Shown here: in pieces, positions 19,046-28,021 of the stretch
Layout of the letters: each line of letters starts with the position of its first letter
Numbering within the stretch: the stretch's first letter is position 1
Origin: an uncultured SAR86 cluster bacterium
GTDB taxonomy: Bacteria > Pseudomonadota > Gammaproteobacteria > Magnimaribacterales > AG-339-G14
Direction: 5' to 3'
Length of the DNA stretch: 64,000 nt
Assembly (NCBI GenBank): GCA_902625415.1
Contig: CACOBG010000006.1
Location: forward strand, 496 to 64,495
Program-made: the position numbers and the translations under genes
Notes under the pieces: generated by a model
What the model was told of the DNA's origin: nothing
The model's input: the letters and a program-made list of their open reading frames with translations, nothing else
The model's database searches: none

Positions 19046-20325
19046 TTAAGTTTTTATCTTTATTATTTTTTTTAGTTTCAAATAGTATTTTTCCTGTTTT
19101 AGAAATAGAAATCCTTAAGGGTAGTGATAATTTATCAAAAGTTGCATTTGTTCCCTTTGGCATTGAGAGCGGCATTGAAGAAAATTATGGCAGTCAGATA
19201 TCTAAAAATATAGAAAAGAACATGCTTTTGTTTGGCGAATTTGAAAATCTAGCTGTAAATGAAATGCTTTCATATCCATCCTCGGAAAATGATTTTTATT
19301 ATAGGGACTGGAAAGTGCTTGGCGTGGATTATTCTTTAATTGGAAAAGTAAATTCTGTTAACGCTTTAGGAAATCTTAATATTTCGTATTCTTTATTCAA
19401 CATAAATAGAAGAATTAAAATTTTAGAAGGTGAAATTGTTGGCAGTGAAGATAACATTGAGGGGATTTCAAAAATTATCAGCAATAGAATCTATGAAGAA
19501 ATTACTGGGTTGAGAGGGATATTTGATACGAAAATAGCATATGTAATTAATTCTGATGCCGACACTTATCAAATGTGCATTTCAGATATCGATGGTAAAA
19601 ATGAACAAATTCTTTTTACCTCCAAAGCACCAATAATGTCTCCTGATTGGTCTCCTGATAGAAAAAAAATTGCGTATGTATCTTTTGAAAATGGCTTAGC
19701 TGAAATTTTTATTCAAGATTTACAATCTGGAGAGAGAGATTCCATTCAGGCTTTAGGAATGACAAATAGTGCGCCAGTTTGGTCTCCAGATGGAAAGAGC
19801 TTAGCTTTGGTCGTTTCTTTTTCAGGAAATCCCGATATTTTTTTGTACTCAATGAATAACAAAAGATTAATGAGGCTTACAAATCATTATGGTATCGATA
19901 CAGAACCATCGTGGTCTCCAGATTCAAAAAAAATTATCTTTACATCTGATAGGTCAGGTTCTCCTCAGCTCTATGAGATTAATACCAAATCTAAAAGAAA
20001 AAAAAGATTAACTAGGGACGGAAATTACAATGCAAGAGGGAGATATTTTCCCGATGGAAAATCTATTTTTTTTGTTCATGGAAATGATGGAAATTTTCAG
20101 ATCGCAACAAAAAAACTTTCCAGTAGATACATTGAGACCTTAACCTCCACTTCTTTAGATGAATCACCTACTATTTCTCCTAATGGAAATATCATTATTT
20201 ATGCGACAAAAGATGGGTCAAATGGTTATTTGGGAGGAATTACTTTAGATGGAAAATCAAGGTTTTCTTTACCTGTTAAAAGTGGATCGGTAAGAGAACC
20301 AGCTTGGTCACCATTACTAAATTAA
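19042..20325 (+). CDS. tolB: TolB (GTG start)
   Basis: [14 protein letters not shown], repeated PD40 motifs (SPDWSPD, PVWSPDG, PSWSPD, PTISPNG, PAWSP). Confidence 0.97.
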   Translation: MIKFLSLLFFLVSNSIFPVLEIEILKGSDNLSKVAFVPFGIESGIEENYGSQISKNIEKNMLLFGEFENLAVNEMLSYPSSENDFYYRDWKVLGVDYSLIGKVNSVNALGNLNISYSLFNINRRIKILEGEIVGSEDNIEGISKIISNRIYEEITGLRGIFDTKIAYVINSDADTYQMCISDIDGKNEQILFTSKAPIMSPDWSPDRKKIAYVSFENGLAEIFIQDLQSGERDSIQALGMTNSAPVWSPDGKSLALVVSFSGNPDIFLYSMNNKRLMRLTNHYGIDTEPSWSPDSKKIIFTSDRSGSPQLYEINTKSKRKKRLTRDGNYNARGRYFPDGKSIFFVHGNDGNFQIATKKLSSRYIETLTSTSLDESPTISPNGNIIIYATKDGSNGYLGGITLDGKSRFSLPVKSGSVREPAWSPLLN

Positions 20326-20396
20326 ACAAACTAAATATAAAATTTCTTGTCTAATGGAAAAGTATTATAATCACTATAAGTGAAGGAGCTTTATTT

Positions 20397-20876
20397 ATGA
20401 GGAGGCTATTTATGGAACCAATTGGAATATTTATTTTAGCTATGATTTGTCAGGTTTATTCTTGTGCAGCGAATGTTTCGGATTCAGTTGAACGTATGCA
20501 ATATGCCTCTGTAGCCGGAGAAGAGTACCTTCAGGGAGATAGGCTTGAAACTAATTTGGACGACAAAGTTTATTTTGATTTTGATAAATCCATTCTAGAT
20601 GCTGAAGACAAGAGTTTATTGGAACAGTATTTACCTGAAATCAAAAAGGCAAAAATAGTTAGACTAGAAGGTCATTGCGATGAAAGAGGAACTAGAGAAT
20701 ATAACTTAGCACTTGGAGAAAGAAGAGCGCTCGAGGTGAGAGACTTTCTTATAGTTAAGGGAGTATCCGGTAAAAAAATTAGGGTGGTTAGTTTTGGAGA
20801 AGAAAAGCCACTTAAAAGCGCATCAAATGAAAAAGCTTGGGCTGAAAATAGAAGGGTAGAAATCTCTCTTTACTAG
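20397..20876 (+). CDS. pal: Peptidoglycan-associated lipoprotein
   Basis: Lipobox-like VYSC, VYFDFDKS, LEGHCDERGTREYNLALGERRA, SFGEEKP, NRRVE. Confidence 0.95.
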   Translation: MRRLFMEPIGIFILAMICQVYSCAANVSDSVERMQYASVAGEEYLQGDRLETNLDDKVYFDFDKSILDAEDKSLLEQYLPEIKKAKIVRLEGHCDERGTREYNLALGERRALEVRDFLIVKGVSGKKIRVVSFGEEKPLKSASNEKAWAENRRVEISLY

Positions 20877-20877
20877 A

Positions 20878-21579
20878 TTGAAAATTCTAAAAAGCTTTCT
20901 CTTTTTTATTTTTTTGGGTTTTTCTAATTTTGTAGTTTTGCAAAATGATGAATCCTTAGAACTTCTTCTCGAAAAAATAAATCTTCTAAAAAAAGAGATA
21001 GAATTTCTTACTGCTTCAATAGAAACGAATAACTTAACAATTTCCAGGTTGGAAGAAGCAAACCAAATAAGATATGTTGACCTGGATAAAAGAATTCATC
21101 TTTTGGAAACAAAGTTATTATTTGAAGAAACTCAAGCCGAAGACTCAATGGAACAATCTATGAATCCATTATCAGGACTCGTTGAAGAAGACATTGACTC
21201 AGGAGAATTTGGTCTTTGGTCAAATTCTATGAAGTTGCTTGATAATTCTAGATATTCAGAAGCAGCAGAAAACTTAAGACTCTTAATTCTATCTTATCCT
21301 GACGGTACCTATACAGGCGATGCTTACTTTTGGCTAGGTGAAATATATTTAGTCCAAGAAATGTTTGAAGATTCCTCCGAAATCTTGAATGCCTTTATAG
21401 CTAAATTTGATGATCATCCCAGGAAGGCAGATGGCCTGTACAAACTTGCTCTTGCCAAAGTTAATTTAGAAGAATTGGACTCTGCCGAGACACTCTTACA
21501 AGAAGTTATAAGTAATTATCCAAACTCTGGAGCTGCTTTACTTGCAGAACAAGATTTAATTAAATTAAATTCTCAATAA
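20878..21579 (+). CDS. cpoB: Tol-Pal system protein YbgF/CpoB (coiled coil plus TPR)
   Basis: Follows pal. Coiled coil LDKRIHLLE; TPR YP...Y.GDAYFWLGE...HPRKADGLYKL. Confidence 0.9.
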   Translation: MKILKSFLFFIFLGFSNFVVLQNDESLELLLEKINLLKKEIEFLTASIETNNLTISRLEEANQIRYVDLDKRIHLLETKLLFEETQAEDSMEQSMNPLSGLVEEDIDSGEFGLWSNSMKLLDNSRYSEAAENLRLLILSYPDGTYTGDAYFWLGEIYLVQEMFEDSSEILNAFIAKFDDHPRKADGLYKLALAKVNLEELDSAETLLQEVISNYPNSGAALLAEQDLIKLNSQ

Positions 21580-21599
21580 ATGTATAATCTTTTCTTTTT

Positions 21600-21675
21600 G
21601 GGTCGTTAGCTCAGTTGGTAGAGCAGTTGGCTTTTAATCAATTGGTCATAGGTTCGAATCCTATACGACCCACCA
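21600..21675 (+). tRNA. tRNA-Lys (anticodon TTT), CCA encoded
   Basis: GGGTCGTTAGCTCAGTTGGTAGAGCAGTTGGCTTTTAATCAATTGGTCATAGGTTCGAATCCTATACGACCCACCA. Acceptor GGGTCGT/ACGACCC, D arm, loop CTTTTAA, TTCGAATC T loop. Conserved position after ybgF. A TATAAT lies at 21583-21588. Confidence 0.98.
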
Positions 21676-21681
21676 AGAGTT

Positions 21682-22038
21682 ATGGTTTATGTACTAATTG
21701 GAATTGGAGCTTTTTTTGGAGCAATTTCAAGATTCCTTTTAAGCTCATTTCTTTCAAAAATAATTTTTCTAGGATTTCCTCTAGGCACTCTAACAGTGAA
21801 CTTAATCGGCTGTTTTTTTATCGGGATTTTTTTAGCTATGAATCTCTCAAATAAAGAGCTTATCAGTCCATTAATAATTATTGGTTTTTTAGGTTCTTTC
21901 ACAACATTTTCGGCTTTTACCAAAGAAGTTTTATTATTTTCAACTTCAAATGGAATTTTTATGGCATATTTTTTAGCTCTAATAATTACATCTATCTGTT
22001 TACTCTCAACTTTTATTGGATATAAGATATTTGCTTAA
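21682..22038 (+). CDS. crcB: Fluoride efflux channel CrcB/FluC
   Basis: GAFFGAISRF, FPLGTLTVNLIGCF, GFLGSFTTFSAF. Confidence 0.95.
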   Translation: MVYVLIGIGAFFGAISRFLLSSFLSKIIFLGFPLGTLTVNLIGCFFIGIFLAMNLSNKELISPLIIIGFLGSFTTFSAFTKEVLLFSTSNGIFMAYFLALIITSICLLSTFIGYKIFA

Positions 22039-22039
22039 A

Positions 22040-22384
22040 ATGACTAAAACAATTTTTGAAAAAATTATTGATAGAGAGCTTCCCTCGGAAATTGTTCATG
22101 AGGATGACAAATGTATTGCAATTGAAGATATTGCACCAAAGGCTCCAATTCATATTCTAATAATCCCAAAAAAACCTATTCAAAAGCTTTCTGAAGTTAA
22201 AAAAGATGATGAAGATTTATTGGGACATTTAATGATGGTGGTTAAAAAAGTTGCTGAACAACTGGATGTGCAAGATGCATTCAATGTTGTCATAAATAAT
22301 GGTGAAAAAGCCGGGCAGACAGTTTTTCATCTCCACATTCATCTTTTAGCTGGAAAAAATTTTGCTGATTTGTTTCCAGGTTAG
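22040..22384 (+). CDS. HIT-family nucleotide-binding protein (HinT-like)
   Basis: TIFEKII...P, DIAPKAPIHILIIPK, GQTVFHLHIHL. The start at 22040 is preferred over the ORF-track start 22016. Confidence 0.95.
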   Translation: MTKTIFEKIIDRELPSEIVHEDDKCIAIEDIAPKAPIHILIIPKKPIQKLSEVKKDDEDLLGHLMMVVKKVAEQLDVQDAFNVVINNGEKAGQTVFHLHIHLLAGKNFADLFPG

Positions 22385-23823
22385 GATAATTCTGTCAAAG
22401 CCCTTTTTGCAGCAAAAATCTCTTCTAAGCGTCTAATGATACTTTCTCTTACTTCAAAAAGATTTTGTGATAACGATAATGCTTCTTTAAGTTGAAAAAC
22501 TGCCGCATCATGTCTACCAGTAAGGATGAAGTACTCTGCTCTGGATCTGTGCAACTCAAGAATATTTCCTGATAGACCTTGTGCCTCAGCAAGCCTAAAC
22601 CATACATTAGGATCTGTTTCTCTATTTTTTGCTAAGTCTTTTAGAATTTTTTCAGCTACTTCGGACTGATTATTTTCAATGTAGGCATCAGCTAGAAGGA
22701 TGGATGCAGCGTAATTATTATCATGAATTTCTAATATATTTTTTCCAAGTGAAATAGCTTCATAGTAATTTTTTGCCGATAGATGAATCTCCATAAGGCT
22801 AGATTCTAATACAAGGTTGTTTGGGTTTTCCTTAATGAGCTCTCTTAAAATTTTAAAGCTTTCCTCATATTTTTTATCTTTTTTCAGAGCTAAAGCCAAG
22901 CCATATCTGCTTGAAAGAGAAATATTTTTTTGATCAGATTTTAGATCCTTTCTATATTTTTTTGTCAGTTTTTTTGTATCTTTTTCTGCCCAGATTTCAG
23001 ATCTCTTTTGCATAAAATAAAAGTCAAGATTATCTCGAAATGACCCTTCAAATGGCTTTGATATATTAGCAGCCCTAATTCTCATATCGGTTAATCTTTC
23101 ACTTGGAAGAGGATGGGTCATTAGATAAGAGAATTGTTCAGAGTCTTCTCTCTGATATTTATCTTGCATTCTTTGAAACATCATTGTCATATCATTAGGA
23201 TCAAATCCTGCTTTAACCAAATTATTGAAGCCTATTCTGTCTGCTTCTTTTTCATTGCTTCTCGTGTAGTTTATTGACATCTGTTGCATTGCTGCTGGAG
23301 CAATCACTATTGCCTCTGGATTTCTAGACGCTGCTGCAACTGCAATGCTTGCTAAAATCATTAACGCATTGGCCAAAGGAGAACTTCTATTTTGAGACCT
23401 TGCGTAATGCCTTTGGCTTAAATGAGCCAACTCATGACACATAACTGATGCAAGCTCACCTTCTCGTTTGGTGTTTAAAAACATTCCTAGGTTTATACCA
23501 ATTATCCCACCAGGAGCAGCAAAAGCATTTATAGACTCATCTTCTAGTATGATAAATTCAAATCTCCTGTCTCTTACTTCGCTTGTTTCAGAAAGACGAT
23601 ATATCAGATCTTCCAAATAAGTTCTCATCAACGGATCTGAATGTTCCCTTGAAGATCCTCTATACATTGCAAGCCATAGCCTTCCCAATTCGTATTCTCC
23701 TGATAAAGATATTGAAGCTGATGAGTAATCACCTAAAGCAGGAAGAGGATCTTCTTCAACGATCGAGTAAAAATATGAAGAAAGAAACAATGTAATAAGT
23801 AATAAATATAATTTATTTACCAT
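22381..23823 (-). CDS. bepA: M48 metalloprotease with TPR, BepA (YfgC)
   Basis: INAFAAPGG, HELAH zinc motif, YTRSNEKEADRIG, THPLPSERL, C-terminal TPRs. Confidence 0.93.
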   Translation of the reverse strand: MVNKLYLLLITLFLSSYFYSIVEEDPLPALGDYSSASISLSGEYELGRLWLAMYRGSSREHSDPLMRTYLEDLIYRLSETSEVRDRRFEFIILEDESINAFAAPGGIIGINLGMFLNTKREGELASVMCHELAHLSQRHYARSQNRSSPLANALMILASIAVAAASRNPEAIVIAPAAMQQMSINYTRSNEKEADRIGFNNLVKAGFDPNDMTMMFQRMQDKYQREDSEQFSYLMTHPLPSERLTDMRIRAANISKPFEGSFRDNLDFYFMQKRSEIWAEKDTKKLTKKYRKDLKSDQKNISLSSRYGLALALKKDKKYEESFKILRELIKENPNNLVLESSLMEIHLSAKNYYEAISLGKNILEIHDNNYAASILLADAYIENNQSEVAEKILKDLAKNRETDPNVWFRLAEAQGLSGNILELHRSRAEYFILTGRHDAAVFQLKEALSLSQNLFEVRESIIRRLEEIFAAKRALTELS

Positions 23824-23829
23824 TTAGAA

Positions 23830-23837
23830 AGTATAAT
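23830..23837. promoter_or_regulatory. Overlapping bidirectional -10 elements (AGTATAAT) between bepA and perM
   Basis: TATAAT on + at 23832-23837. TATACT on - at 23835-23830, 6 nt before the bepA ATG. Confidence 0.55.
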
Positions 23838-23859
23838 TGATTAAAAGTATAGGAAACAA

Positions 23860-24912
23860 ATGTTAAATTTTTTAAAAAGTTTTTTTGATAGGTATTTTTA
23901 TGATGACGAGCATTATGCTGCTTTATTTATTCTATCAATTGGAATAGCTATTCTTTATTTTATCGGAGGAATAATTGCTCCTGTACTGGTAAGCATTTTA
24001 ATTGCCTACATTTTAAATGGATTAATGAGCTTTCTGGAAGAAAAGGGCAATAGCAGATTATTAGCTTTAACAGTAACACTCATCGTTTTTAGTCTTTTTT
24101 ATTTATCAATATTTATATTTTTACCTTTTTTATCCAGACAGATTTTGCTTTTGGTATCTGACATTCCGCAAATCTATGATTCAGTAAATGTTTTTATTTC
24201 AAACCAACTAGCAGATTATACAATTCAATCAAACCAATTGGAGGAGATTGTAATTAATGCGTTTTCATACATACCTAGTTTATTTCAAAATGCTTTGCTG
24301 CAGCTTAATTCAGGTTTTTCGGCAGTAATGAACGCGTTGCTTTACTTAATTATTGTTCCTTTTTTAGTTTTTTTTCTTCTGAAAGATAGGGATATTTTTT
24401 TGAGCTACATAAAACTTTTAATGCCAAATAAAAAGGATTTATTGTCTAAAATCTGGAAAGATGTGAATATCCAGTTATACGGATACTTGAGAGGCAAAGG
24501 CCTAGAAATGATAATTGTCTCTCTTGTGACAGGAGTTGTATTTTCCTTACAAGATGTAAATTATTCAATTATTTTAGCTATCTTAGTAGGACTATCTGTT
24601 CTGATACCCTACGTTGGGGCAATATTAGTAACTATTCCAGTTATATTAATTGGCCTTTTTCAGTGGGGATTAGATTCAAATTTTTATATTTTCTTAACTA
24701 GTTATTTAATAATTCAAGCTTTAGATGGTAATGTTCTCATGCCTTTATTACTGGGAAGAGAAGTCAAATTACATCCAGTATTAATTATTACCGCTGTACT
24801 GATTTTTGGAGGTATATGGGGATTTTGGGGGCTACTTTTGGCAATTCCTATTGCAACTTTTCTTAGAGCTATTTTAGTTGCATGGCCTACAAAAGAAGAT
24901 CTAGTAAACTAG
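23860..24912 (+). CDS. AI-2E family transporter (PerM-like)
   Basis: Multi-TM; IVPFLVFFLLKD, IPYVGA, IQALDGNVLMPLLLG..VKLHP. Syntenic with bepA-bcp-dapA. Confidence 0.92.
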   Translation: MLNFLKSFFDRYFYDDEHYAALFILSIGIAILYFIGGIIAPVLVSILIAYILNGLMSFLEEKGNSRLLALTVTLIVFSLFYLSIFIFLPFLSRQILLLVSDIPQIYDSVNVFISNQLADYTIQSNQLEEIVINAFSYIPSLFQNALLQLNSGFSAVMNALLYLIIVPFLVFFLLKDRDIFLSYIKLLMPNKKDLLSKIWKDVNIQLYGYLRGKGLEMIIVSLVTGVVFSLQDVNYSIILAILVGLSVLIPYVGAILVTIPVILIGLFQWGLDSNFYIFLTSYLIIQALDGNVLMPLLLGREVKLHPVLIITAVLIFGGIWGFWGLLLAIPIATFLRAILVAWPTKEDLVN

Positions 24913-25361
24913 TCTATACTCGTTAGGACATCTTCAACGTGTCCTTTTACTTTTACCTTTCTCCATTCTTTTAAAAGCTTTCCATCTGAATCTATCAAAA
25001 ACGTACTTCTTTCAATACCCATATATTTTTTACCATACATACTTTTTTCTTTGATGACGTCAAAAATTTTACAAACTTTTTCATCAGGATCAGAAATTAA
25101 TTCAAAAGGAAAATTAAACTTATTTTTAAAGCCCTCATGAGATTTTAAGGAATCTTTGGAAACTCCAAAAATTTTCGTGTTCTTTTTTTTAAATAGCTTG
25201 TAATTATCTCTAAAATCTTCGCCTTCAGAAGTACACCCTGGAGTATTATCCCTTGGGTAAAAATATATTACGATTTTTTGACCTTTATAATCAGCCAAAT
25301 TAAAATCATTTTTTCCCGACATTTCAGCCTTAAAATTTTTTATTTTTGTTCCTATTTTCAT
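24909..25361 (-). CDS. bcp: Peroxiredoxin Q / BCP
   Basis: YFYPRDNTPGCT peroxidatic motif, FPFELISDPD, GIERSTFLID. The second Cys is in the helix-3 position (KVCK). Confidence 0.95.
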   Translation of the reverse strand: MKIGTKIKNFKAEMSGKNDFNLADYKGQKIVIYFYPRDNTPGCTSEGEDFRDNYKLFKKKNTKIFGVSKDSLKSHEGFKNKFNFPFELISDPDEKVCKIFDVIKEKSMYGKKYMGIERSTFLIDSDGKLLKEWRKVKVKGHVEDVLTSID

Positions 25362-25426
25362 TTTTTTAATTAAGATTTGTTAAGTTATGAAATAATACCA
25401 TTTATTAAAATTTCATAAAAATTTCA

Positions 25427-26317
25427 ATGCATATCAAAGGATCAATAACCGCTTTAGTTACTCCAATGAATGATAAAGGAGAGCTAGATTATGATTCTCT
25501 TGAAAAGCTAATTAACTATCAAATAAATTCAGGAATTTCTGGATTGGTTGCAGTTGGAACAACAGGAGAGTCTGCAACTATAGATTTTAAAGATCATATC
25601 AAGCTGATTGAATTTTTTGTAAAAATTAATAAAGGTAGAGTTCATATAATTGCAGGTACTGGAGCGAATTCTACTGAAGAGGCGCTTCATTTAACTAAAG
25701 AAGCAAAAAGTGCAGGTGCCGATGCAGCTTTGTTGGTCTCTCCATATTACAACAAACCTCCTCAAGAAGGTATCTTTCATCATCATATGAAGATCGCAGA
25801 TGAAGTAGATATCCCTCAAATTCTTTACAACGTCCCTTCTAGAACTGCTAGCTTTATTGAGCCTGAAACCGTTCAAAGGCTTTCATCACATAAAAATATC
25901 ATTGGTATAAAAGATGCTACTGGAGACATGAAAAATCATTCTGAGGTTTTAAAATTATGTAAGGAGGAAATTGAAAACAACAACTTTTTATTATATTCAG
26001 GAGATGATTTTTCTTCATTAGAATTCTTGAAAAATGGGGGTCATGGAACAATTTCAGTTACCTCAAACGTTGTACCTGATATTGTTTCAGAAATATGTAA
26101 GGTTGTTGATACTGATTATTCAAAAGCTAAAGAACTTGACGATAGTTTAGAGGTTCTTAATAAGAACTTATTCTGCGAATCTAACCCAATTCCTGTAAAA
26201 TGGGCACTTTACAAAATGGGATTAATAAAAAGGGGTATTAGATTGCCTTTGTTAGAACTTAATGGTGCCTTTAAGGAGCCTTTAGAAAACTCTCTAAAAA
26301 AGCTTAATTTGATTTAG
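25427..26317 (+). CDS. dapA: 4-hydroxy-tetrahydrodipicolinate synthase
   Basis: GTTGES, GTGANST, SPYYNKP, LYNVPSRT, GIKDATG, SNPIPVK. Confidence 0.98.
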   Translation: MHIKGSITALVTPMNDKGELDYDSLEKLINYQINSGISGLVAVGTTGESATIDFKDHIKLIEFFVKINKGRVHIIAGTGANSTEEALHLTKEAKSAGADAALLVSPYYNKPPQEGIFHHHMKIADEVDIPQILYNVPSRTASFIEPETVQRLSSHKNIIGIKDATGDMKNHSEVLKLCKEEIENNNFLLYSGDDFSSLEFLKNGGHGTISVTSNVVPDIVSEICKVVDTDYSKAKELDDSLEVLNKNLFCESNPIPVKWALYKMGLIKRGIRLPLLELNGAFKEPLENSLKKLNLI

Positions 26318-26325
26318 TTTAATAA

Positions 26326-27297
26326 ATGAGAATATTAATTAGTTTATCGCTTTCTTTTTTCACATTTTCATGTGCAATTGAAAAATCAGAAAATACTCTA
26401 GATAAGAACAGGTTCGTTGATCCTTCAAAGAATGAAGATATTCTGCTTGATAATGAAGTTTTACGAGACTCTTCCTTTATCATCGACAAGTACCCTATTA
26501 CCGGGGAAGTCGAAGTCTTTGACAATCAAGAAAAAATACCAACACCAAGACCGAAACAACTCTTTTCCGCTGCCTCTCCAAATGAAATTAGACTTCATAA
26601 GCTTGGTGAAATCAGGTGGGTTTACTTAGGCCAAGAACCAAGTGCTGCCTGGCCAATGACAATAGGGTTTTTGGAAAATAACGATGATTTGGGTATAGAT
26701 TCTTTTGACGCTAACTCAGGAACCATTAACTCAAAAACTTTTAGACATGAAAATGTAGATTCAAAATTTGTCTTCAAAATTGAAAGAGGATTGCAACAAT
26801 CGAGTTCTGAAATTTTTGTTTCTCAATTGAAAAGAATTAATAATTCTTGGCAAATTATTCCATCAGACGAAGGTAAGTTAGATGAATTAACTAACGAATT
26901 CTATGAGTACTTATCGTCTTCTGGCCCATCTACAGGTACTTCGTTAGTTGCTTTAAATTTAAATGCAACTAACAAAACCGAAGTAATTACAGACGAAATA
27001 ACCGGTTTATCAAAAATAAAATTAAAAATAAATTTTCCTCGAGCCTGGGCTGCACTGAGAAGGTCTTTACTGCTTGCTGGCTACAAAATAATTGATGAAG
27101 ATAGAAATCAAGGTAAATTTTATTTAGAATATTCTGTAAAGAGATCTTTGCTTGATAGAAGGGCTGATATAACAAGCGTAGAGATCATTGTTAAAGAACT
27201 AAGCTCTAAAGAGTGTCTAATCTCTACCAGTTTGGATACAGAAAACCTGGACCTATCAGAAGAGATTATTTCTCAAATTAATCAATCATTGTCTTAA
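26326..27297 (+). CDS. bamC: Outer membrane protein assembly lipoprotein BamC (NlpB/DapX)
   Basis: Lipobox FTFSC, IPTPRP, FPRAWAALRRSL...G..I.DEDR..G.FY. Lies between dapA and purC. Confidence 0.78.
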   Translation: MRILISLSLSFFTFSCAIEKSENTLDKNRFVDPSKNEDILLDNEVLRDSSFIIDKYPITGEVEVFDNQEKIPTPRPKQLFSAASPNEIRLHKLGEIRWVYLGQEPSAAWPMTIGFLENNDDLGIDSFDANSGTINSKTFRHENVDSKFVFKIERGLQQSSSEIFVSQLKRINNSWQIIPSDEGKLDELTNEFYEYLSSSGPSTGTSLVALNLNATNKTEVITDEITGLSKIKLKINFPRAWAALRRSLLLAGYKIIDEDRNQGKFYLEYSVKRSLLDRRADITSVEIIVKELSSKECLISTSLDTENLDLSEEIISQINQSLS

Positions 27298-27301
27298 TTA
27301 T

Positions 27302-28015
27302 ATGGAAAAGAAAGAATTACTAACAAAAGGAAAAGCTAAAGAACTTTATAAGACAGCAGATGAATCTAAGCTTGTAATGGATTTTACTGATGATACTTCT
27401 GCATTTGATGGAAAAAAAATAGAACAATTAGCTGGAAAGGGCACTGTCAATAATAGATTTAATAATTTTATTATGAATCATCTAGACTCCAAGGGCATAG
27501 CTTGCCATCTTCTAGAAGAACTAAATGATCACGAGAGTTTGGTTTTATCTTTAGACATGTTTCCAATTGAATGTGTCGTGAGGAATTATGCTGCAGGGAG
27601 TATTTGTAAGCGCCTGGGTCTTGAAGAAGGGATGAAGTTTGAAAACCCTATTTTCGAATTTTTTTATAAAGATGACGACCTAGGTGATCCAATGATAAAT
27701 GATAATCACATAATATCTTTTGGCTGGGCAGAAGCAGATGATATAGATGCTTTAAAAAAACTCACATTAGAAATTAATGATCATTTAGTAGATTTATTTC
27801 TTAAAGCGGACTTAATTCTCGTTGATTTTAAATTAGAGTTTGGAAAAAACTCAGGAAAAATATATCTTGGAGATGAATTCACTCCAGATGGTTGTAGAGT
27901 TTGGGATAAGGAAACTAAAAAGAAACTAGATAAAGATAGATTCAGACTCGGTCTGGGCGACGTAGTAGAGTCATATCAGGAAATAGCTCACAGAATTGGT
28001 ATTGATCTTAAATAG
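27302..28015 (+). CDS. purC: SAICAR synthetase
   Basis: GKAKELY, DDTSAFDG, PIECVVRN.AAGS, FYKDDDLGDP, LVDFKLEFG, DEFTPDGCRVWD, LDKDRFR. Confidence 0.98.
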   Translation: MEKKELLTKGKAKELYKTADESKLVMDFTDDTSAFDGKKIEQLAGKGTVNNRFNNFIMNHLDSKGIACHLLEELNDHESLVLSLDMFPIECVVRNYAAGSICKRLGLEEGMKFENPIFEFFYKDDDLGDPMINDNHIISFGWAEADDIDALKKLTLEINDHLVDLFLKADLILVDFKLEFGKNSGKIYLGDEFTPDGCRVWDKETKKKLDKDRFRLGLGDVVESYQEIAHRIGIDLK

Positions 28016-28021
28016 CTTTTG

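Noticed and set aside
21615-21854. 79-aa ORF starting MVEQLAFNQLVIGSNPIRPT
   Set aside because: It is a translation of the tRNA-Lys sequence running into crcB in another frame, a well-known artefact.
21600-22384. tRNA-Lys as a possible phage/island integration site
   Set aside because: No integrase, no duplicated tRNA 3' end and no foreign-looking block follows; only crcB and a HIT gene.
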